Program-made: the position numbers and the translations under genes
Assembly (NCBI RefSeq): GCF_963921235.1
Contig: NC_086097.1
Span: 103,790,001 to 103,854,000 of the forward strand
Reading direction: 5' to 3'
Length of the DNA stretch: 64,000 nucleotides
DNA from: Mobula hypostoma
Lineage: Eukaryota
Shown here: piece by piece, positions 61,715-64,000 of the stretch
How the letters are laid out: every line of letters starts with the position of its first letter
How positions within the stretch are numbered: the stretch's first letter is position 1
Notes under the pieces: generated by a model
Told to the model about the DNA's origin: nothing
Seen by the model: only the letters and a program-made list of their open reading frames with translations
Databases searched by the model: none

Positions 61715-62560
61715 AATGGGATCTCATTGCATTTATGAAGCACATGAAACAGGCCATCCTGCCCACTGAGTCTGCACTAACGGTGAGCCACCTACTTACA
61801 TTGATTTACACTTTACCATTTTATTCTCCCTACTCCATCAATACTCCCCAGATCTTTCCACTCAATTACACTCTTGAGCCAATGTACATACCCAATTTAC
61901 CTGCCAACTTGCACAGAGGAAACCAGACAACTAACAGAAATCCATGCAGTTGCACCAAGAATTTGCAAAACTGCAAACAGACTGCACCCAAAGTCGGGAA
62001 TGAACCCTGGTTGCTAATGAGGCTACTCTGGGAAATGCAGACTTTTCCAGAGGTGGGACAAAAGATGACCAATAGGGTGAGCGTGCAGCAGTTTGAAGGG
62101 TGCTCCACTTCTTTTGCCAGTATGGTAATGTAGTGGCTTCTCATGCATGGCCTCAGGATCACAGTGCCATCCCAAATGCTCTTTCTCAATTGAGCAGTTA
62201 TGGGCTGAAACTTCAGGGGTCAGTGAGAAAGTTAGATTTTTCTCCTCCAAGGAGATTTAAGCACAGCTTTGACCTTTTTCTCTATCCAGCTGATAATCTC
62301 TTTTCAACAGAGTTGAATAGACTATTCAGAATGGAGTATTCCCATTGTTTCAGTATTGTTCTTATCCCTCTTCTACCTAGCCTCTCCCACTTTCTTCTTC
62401 TACTCTCCTTATAAGTACATCAATTATATTTCCAACATCTCCATTACCTCCAAGAGTTCCCAGCCTCCCTGTCACAACCAGTTAATTTTCATGAATGATG
62501 TCCAACTCATTCCACACCTGCACAACCTAAGCATTGTTCCATTTTGCACAAATGCCTAAC
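61715..62560 (-). mobile_element. Old V-SINE fragment (~61715-62015) adjoining an old RTE-type 3' fragment (~62015-62560)
   Basis: SINE head gggttcattcccgactttgggtgcagtctgtttgcagtttt. RTE-like C-terminus RKSIWDG...CPTSGKVCISQSSLIS. Confidence 0.45.
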
Positions 62561-63059
62561 AGGTAAACTTGTTCTCAGAAATAATATGATTCACTTCCTC
62601 CAAATCCATACAGTAATAATGCACAGATAGAGGCACTTTGGCACAGTGAGCCCACGCCAGTCACCGTGCCTACCCAGCTAGTCCCAATTTCCATCCTCAG
62701 CCAATATCCCTCCAAACCCCACCCCTCCATGCACTTATCCAAGTGTTTCTTAAATGGTATTGTATCGGCCTCAACCACAACTCCTAGCAGCTCACTCCAT
62801 ATATTTACCACATTGTGTGAATTTTTTTCCCCTCAGGTAACTTATTCTTTCTCTCTCTCTCACTCTAAACCAATTTGAACTCTCCTACCTGGTAAAAAGA
62901 CTGTTACTGATCACCTTATCTACACCTCTCATAACTTTAAACATTTCTATAAGGTTGCCCTCTCATTCTCCTACATTCCAAGGAATCAAGACCTAGCACA
63001 CCAACCTTTCCCTATAACTCAGACCCTCTAGTACTGGCAGTGTCCTCACCAACCTCCAA

Positions 63060-63440
63060 ATTCATCAGCCTACACGACATCACAGCTAGACATCTTCCCC
63101 TCCACTCTTTCCCCACTTCCAAGAGGACCATGCCCTCTGCCAGGTTCCACCTCACAGCACATTCCCACCAACTATAGAAGGTGGAACACCTGCCCTTTCA
63201 TCCCTTCCCATCCTTTTAACTAGGGACTCTGGTTTTCCTGGTGAAACTCAATTTACCCGCAGGTCCTCCAGTTTACTAGATTGCATTCACCGCTCACAAT
63301 GTGATTCCCTCTGAAATGGAGGTCTTAACAATGATTCCAGCCTTTCAATTGATCCTCATTCCATCCTGCTTTTGATCTGACCTCTCAACCTTTGATCACC
63401 TTCATGATTGCAACAAACTCTTTGGGAAGACAACAGCAGA
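63060..63440 (+). mobile_element. Highly degenerate Penelope GIY-YIG fragment
   Basis: QFTRRSSSLLDCIHRSQCDSL*NG resembles the Penelope FTCxSSNLVYCIRCSxCGLLYIG motif. Confidence 0.45.
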
Positions 63441-64000
63441 CACTTTCCCAATACAGATATTGTTCTCTACCTCTAATTCAATGAACATCCCTTCGTGTTT
63501 TAACAACCTCCAATGCAGCTAAGCTCAGATTAATTTGTAATTAATTTGTGAACTCTCAAGATGAGCTTTTTTTTAAAAATCTACAGTGATTCTTATAAAG
63601 AATATGGCAAAAAAAGCAGAAAGAGTTGGCTACATTAAAAGAAAAAGCTTTCACCCAATCCTATTCATTCAATTAATCAAATCCCAGTCTGTCACATCCT
63701 GCAATTTTAAAAGGATGTGAATTAAAGAGGCTCTTTTATCGCCAATTCTGATACAGTGAACTCCTGTTAATTGGGCCATCGATTAATTGGGACAGCCAAT
63801 TATTTGGGTCAACTCAAAGAACAAAAACTAATCATAAAAAGAGCCAGGAATCCCTTCATTTATTTGGGATTCTAGACTGCTTAGCAGGGAGAGAACACTG
63901 TTGTCGAACAGTTTGTAACTAGTGTCAGTCAGTGGTGAGGAAGGCAAATGCGATGTTAACATTCATTTCGAGAGGACTGGAGTACAAAAGCAAGGATGTA

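Noticed and set aside
63753..63930. Possible pogo-type MITE starting TA|CAGTGAACTCC
   Set aside because: The second terminus is not visible before a CR1 fragment at the window edge, so there is too little support to call it.

Overview
Eukaryotic (vertebrate) genomic DNA. The repeat landscape (CR1/HER1-type LINEs with (TTCTATG)n-like tails, V-SINEs, Penelope fragments, Rex1/Babar) is typical of a cartilaginous fish; this host assignment is inference. The only host-gene sequence I can recognise is one 117-bp minus-strand coding exon (46344-46460) of a kinesin-3 motor, most like STARD9/KIF16A, so the window is probably the two long introns flanking it. Most of the rest is nested transposable elements: many CR1 LINEs, a fragmented Ty3/gypsy element, a BEL/Pao element, a full-length L1 with a 17-bp TSD, Rex1/Babar, RTE, Penelope, two Tc1 elements, a Tigger4/Zombi-like remnant, SINEs and MITEs. 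The most interesting points are: (i) the full-length L1, whose ORF1 and ORF2 are each broken only by one extra base in a homopolymer; (ii) minimal hammerhead-ribozyme motifs in Penelope termini, one with an intact core on the host pre-mRNA strand; (iii) a CpG-rich 51-bp tandem array inside a non-coding element; (iv) two deep insertion stacks that can be ordered from their target-site duplications (TSDs). I see no prokaryotic system or CRISPR array. Boundaries without a stated TSD or terminal repeat are approximate, and all family assignments are from motif recognition, not database searches.
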